From positions 6,944,001 through 7,008,000 of the forward strand of contig CM059432.1 of the NCBI GenBank assembly GCA_030390025.1: 64,000 nucleotides of DNA. The letters are read 5' to 3'. This stretch comes from Squalus acanthias. Lineage: Eukaryota. The notes below the pieces were generated by a model, which was not told the origin of the DNA, did not search any database, and was given only the letters and a program-made list of their open reading frames with translations. This document shows positions 59,391-64,000 of this stretch, one piece after another (positions within the stretch are counted from its first letter, which is position 1; every line of letters starts with the position of its first letter). A program made the position numbers and the translations under genes.

Positions 59391-60805
59391 TTCAAGAAAG
59401 GAGGGAGAGAGAAAACAGGGAACTACAGGCCAGTTAGCCTGACATCAGTCATCGGGAAAATGCTGGAATCCATTGTTAAGGAAGTGGTATCAGGGCACTT
59501 AGAAAATCATAACTTGATTAGGCAGAGACAACATGGTTTAATGAAAGGGAAATCGTGTTTGACAAATTTATTAGAGTTTTTTGAGGATGTAACTAGCAGG
59601 GTAGATAAAGGGGATGTAGTATATTTGGATTTCCAAAAGGCATTCGATGAGGTGCCACATAAAAGGTTATTACACAAGATAAGGGCTCATGGGGTTGGGG
59701 GTAATATAATGCATGGATAGAGGATTGGTTAACGGACAGAAAACAGAGAGTAGGGATAAACGGATCTTTTTCAGATCCACTAATCCCCTTCCCGCCTCGG
59801 GGAGGCGGATCCCAGCACAGGTCGGGTACCCGCCTTCAGCGAAACTGGCATGGGGGCGGGATGGGGTCGGGACCCCCGAATCTGCTATTTTCAATCCAGA
59901 CCTGCCTCCACGGCTCAATGAAAATTCTGCCCAAAGAGTCTGCAAAGGGATATAGATAGACTAAGTGAGTGGGCAGTAAGGTGGCAGATGGAGTATAATG
60001 TAGGGAAATGTGAGGTTATTCACTTTAGTAGGAAGAATAGAAAAACAGAAATTTTTTTAAATGGCGAGAAACTTTCAAATGTTGGTGTTCAGAGAGATTT
60101 GGGTGTCCTTGTGCAAGAAACACAGAAAGCTAACATGCAGTTACAGTAAGCAATAAGGAAGGCAAATGGCATGTTGGCCTTTATTGCAAGGGGGTTGGAG
60201 TATAAGAGTAAGGAAGTCTTGCTACAATTGTACAGGGCCTTGGTGAGACCGCACCTGGAGTACTGTGCACAGTTTTGGTCTCCTTATCTAAGGAAGAATA
60301 TACTTGCCTTGGAGGCGGTGCAACGAAGGTTCACTAGATTGATTCCTGGGATGAGAGGGCTGTCCTATGATGAGAGATTGTGTAGAATGGGCCTACACTC
60401 TCTGGAGTTTAGCAGAATGAGATGTGATCTCATTGAAACATACAAGATTCTGACATGGATTGACAGGGTAGATGCTGAGAGGTTGTTTTCCCTGGCTGGA
60501 GTGTCTAGAACTAGGGGGCATAGTCTCATGATAAGGGGCCGGCCATTTAAGACGGAGATGAGGAGGAATTTCTTCACTCGGAGGGTTGTGAATCTTTGGA
60601 ATTTTCTGACCCAGAAGGCTGTGAATGCTGAGTCTTTGAGTATATTCAAGGCTGAGATAGATAGATTTTTGGACTCATCAAGGGATATGGAGATCGGGCG
60701 GGAAAGTGGAGTTGAGGTCCATGATCAGCCATGATCTTATTAATTGGCGGAGCAGGCTCAAGGGTCCGTATGGCCGACTCCTGCTCTTATTTCTTATGTT
60801 CTTTT
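59391..60805 (+). mobile_element. 5'-truncated CR1 inserted in opposite orientation into the minus-strand CR1
   Basis: NYRPVSLTS, YLDFQKAFD, RPHLEYCAQFWSP; tail ttcttatgttct. Confidence 0.92.
59777..59932. mobile_element. Right end of a family A Harbinger MITE; its left part and adjacent CR1 sequence are deleted
   Basis: Highly similar to ~29322-29488; ends AAAATTCTGCCC followed by AAA-GAGTCTGCAAAGGG. Confidence 0.85.
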
Positions 60806-61744
60806 GCTCTTATATACCTGTAGAAGCTCTTACTGTCTGTTTTTATATTTTTTGCTAGTTTACTTTGATAATCTATCTTCTCCCTCTATTATTTTTTTGA
60901 TCATCCTTTCCTGGTTTCTAAAAATTTCCCAATCCTCTGGCCTACCACTAATCTTCGCAACATTGTATGCCTTTTCTTTCAATTTGATACCATCCTTAAC
61001 TTCCTTCGTTAGCCATGGATGGTTCATCCTTCTCGTAGAGTCTTTCTTTCTCACTGGAATAAACCTTTGCTGAGAGTTGTGAAATATCTCCTTAAATGTC
61101 TGCCACTGGTTATCTACCGTCTTACCCTTTAATCTATTTTCCCATTCCACTTGAGCCAACTCTGTCTTCATACCTTTGTAACTGCCTTTATTTAAGTTTA
61201 GGACACTAGTTTCAGACCCAAGTTTCTCACCCTCAAACTGAATTTGAAATTCAATCATGCTATAGTTGTTGATCAGTAGTTATCAGATTTGCAATAGTTG
61301 TTGGAGAAGGAAAAGTCATTCCTTTTGCAATGTTAGCCCATTGTGTGTTAAATTTGAATTGCACCATTTAGTGTGATGGTTTTCTTTTTTGTTTATTCGT
61401 TTCGGGGATGTGGGCGTTGCTGGCAAGGCCAGCATTTATTGCCCATCCCTAATGGCCCTTGAGACGGTGGTGGTGAGCTGCCTTCTTAAATGGCTGCAGG
61501 TGTTTATCAAAGCAAAAATCTAAACGCAATAAGTAGTTTGCAGTATGGTGCAATAAGAGAATTCTATGTTCAAGTTAAGTTGATGTGTATACCAGATTCA
61601 CACTTACTTTTATAAATTCAAAGGAATTATTTCTACATTCAATGTGTACACCGGTCAAGGTTAGTCCTAAGCTGCTCTTGGCAGTATTTTAGGAATTAAG
61701 TGAATCCTGTTGTCTTCTGTCAATTTTGAGGTTTTCTTAACTTT

Positions 61745-62085
61745 TACAGCACAGAAGGAGGCCATTCGACCCATTGTGCCTGTGCCAGTTCTATTCGTCC
61801 CACTCCCCTGCTTTTTCTCCATAGCACTGCATATTTTTCCTTTCCAAGTAATTATCCAATTCCCTTTTGAAAGTTACTATTGAATCTGCTTCCACCGCCC
61901 TTTCAGGCAACGCGTTCCGGATCACAACAGTTCAATGCATAAAGAAAAATTCTCCTCATCTCCCCCTATTTTGCCAATTATCTTAAATCTGTGTCCTCTG
62001 GTTACCGACCCTCTCGCTAATGGAAACAGTTTCTCCCTATCTACTCTCTCAAACCCCCTGATAATTTTGAACACTTCGATTAAAT
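61745..62085 (-). mobile_element. CR1 3' fragment
   Basis: DLIEVFKIIRGFERVDREKLFPLARGSVTRGHRFK. Confidence 0.85.
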
Positions 62086-63714
62086 CTGAATGTTCAAACC
62101 TCTGAAATCTCATCCAAGCTGGCAGATTCCCTTTTTTTTCTGAATTCCACACAGACTTCGAAAAAGTCGTTTAATCGTGGACGCAACGTTCATAACCCCC
62201 CAACGTCATCTTTTGCGGGATTGCGGCACAGGTTTTGGGGGGACAAGCTTGAACTTTAACCCCTGTTTGGGGATCGACATCAGTAACAAGCTCCGAACCC
62301 ACAGACCTGCCTGTTATCTGAACTTAACGTTTCCTTGACACAGACTGCAAATACTAGAAGCCCTATTACTCTCGTTGTTTTAAATTGCAGCAGATGTGGC
62401 CGCATTGTCAAGTGAATTATGTATATTTATTTTTACTGCACACAACTGTTTCTATTAGTCTGGGGCAAGCCCAGGAATGGGCAACAAAATAAGATGAGTA
62501 CACTTGGAAAAGGTTTAGCTTTTGAGCCATGTTTTCAGTTAAGTTCAGTGTTCATAAGCATCGCTTCCCAAGTGCCATCAAATTGAAGTTTATCCGTGAA
62601 CGTTATTTAGAAGCAAGCTGTAAGCATTCTGTAATTGTATATAATCCAGGATATGTCGTTTGAAAAAAACAAACCGCAGGTGGTCTGGTCTGAAGGGGAG
62701 ACGATCAAACAGTGGGGTTAGAAGGTGCTTTCCACTCATCACCCACTGTTTAACTTTTAGAAGAGATTAAAGGATGGATTGCAATGCTGGTTCAGTCATT
62801 TCTGCAGAGGAAATGTACCACCAGATAAAACTGAATGTAAATTAGCTTCACTAGAACGTTAATAATAGGAAGCCGCGAAGGCTGACCGGCACAACTTGTA
62901 AATTGATGTAATAACGTGAGTTCACCAAGAATGACTGAAAGTTTACACAATTTTCCTGCTGAATAAATTCTTCCCAGGACTACATTAGAACAGACCATTG
63001 CTGTGATTTAAGTACAGTGGTTGGTATTAATGCCAGTATTTCTAGAAAATGACCTGATAAAGCGTACGTTTATAAGTAGAATATTCTGACACAAGTCTAA
63101 TTGCTCACACTCGTGTCTTATATTCATCAGTTTTAGAACTATGTGTACAGTTCTAGAAGTATATATGCTGTAATATCAGAAACTAGAGTTGGGACCATCA
63201 TAGCGATATTATCGTGAGAAATTATTCTTGAAATGATACTAATGGCCTTTGAGGTATGTCAATATTAACCTTTTTTTCCCGCAAATAGAAGTGCATCTTT
63301 ATCTTTAAAATTGTGGCACATATGCATAAGCAGAGCTTAAACACTTCTTGACTGAATGTGAATCAAGTGGGCATAGTACTGCCCTTCAAATGTTGTAATT
63401 CGTTACAAATGATATCTGTAACAACCTAACTGGCCTTTCAAACTAAGGCATTTTCATCCACGCCACTCTTAATTTAAACCAATATATGGACAAATAATAA
63501 AATGCTCTAATATTATAGCAGAAACTAAAAATTGCAGGTTGCAACAGCATATAAGCTGCTTCCCTAACGTAGAGATTAATTTTGGATGCAAATTGTTACA
63601 TCACCAGACATAAAATAATGTGCAGCGGGACCTCTAGCTGCGAAATATGCTGCATGCCCTTTCTTTACTTTCTTTCCCCCTTTTTTCTCTCTCATTTTCT
63701 TCATGATTATAATG

Positions 63715-63925
63715 ATATCATCACCCCTGTGCTCGCTGACCTACATTGGCTGCTGGTCCGGCAACGCCTCAATTTTAAAATTCTCATCCTTGTTTTCAAA
63801 TCCCTCCGTGGCCTAATATCTCATTACGTGGTTCGATGTCAAATTTTGTTTGATAACGCTCTTGTGAAGCGCCTTGGGACTTTTCATGTTAAAGGCGCTG
63901 TATAAATGCAAGTTGTTGTTGTTGA
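63715..63925 (+). mobile_element. L2 3' fragment with internal deletion
   Basis: ITPVLADLHWL...FKILILVFKSL; tail aaaggcgctgtataaatgcaagttgttgttg. Confidence 0.85.
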
Positions 63926-64000
63926 TTTTCTTTTAGCTTTTTTACTTCCTTTTATTGTTTTACTGGATTCATAACAGAGACAGAGAGAAAAAGAAAGACT

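Larger units (their letters stand above)
55303..61262 (-). mobile_element. 5'-truncated CR1 LINE hosting four nested insertions
   Basis: Collinear ORF2 pieces at 55303-56191, 57633-57825, 58631-59390 and 60808-61262; a short L2/SINE tail is inserted at ~55677-55714. Confidence 0.9.
54361..64000 (+). other. VPS13B: VPS13B intron downstream of the exon (the next exon is not seen)
   Basis: Begins gtgagt. The expected next peptide (SIRRHQERRAILTP...) was not found by eye. Confidence 0.7.

Noticed and set aside
1..64000. Prokaryotic systems (CRISPR arrays, retrons, operons) suggested by RT ORFs and repeats
   Set aside because: The RTs are CR1/L2 non-LTR type, there is no regularly spaced repeat-spacer array, and the spliceosomal exon and SINEs show vertebrate DNA.

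Overview
Eukaryotic DNA from a shark or other elasmobranch, judged from HE1-type V-SINE, SacSINE1-like DeuSINE and HER1/CR1 repeats. The window lies inside VPS13B (COH1) on the + strand. Only one coding exon is visible (54157-54360, 204 nt, phase 2-2); everything else is intron, and almost all ORF-track entries are LINE fragments or their antisense shadows. The upstream intron carries, antisense, the miR-875/miR-599 cluster at about 29.9-30.1 kb, as in mammals: miR-875 looks intact, while miR-599 looks shortened in its 5p arm. Much of the rest is transposable elements: CR1 LINEs (one near full length, with an in-phase U_UUA_AAC slippery heptamer joining ORF1 to ORF2), L2 and a second CR1-superfamily LINE, three tRNA-SINE superfamilies, Penelope-like elements with minimal hammerhead ribozymes, and several PIF/Harbinger-type MITEs. 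Two different Harbinger-type elements hit the same nucleotide in two separate CR1 copies. Repeat boundaries are read by eye and approximate unless TIRs or TSDs are quoted. Family names and human comparisons are from memory and need database confirmation.
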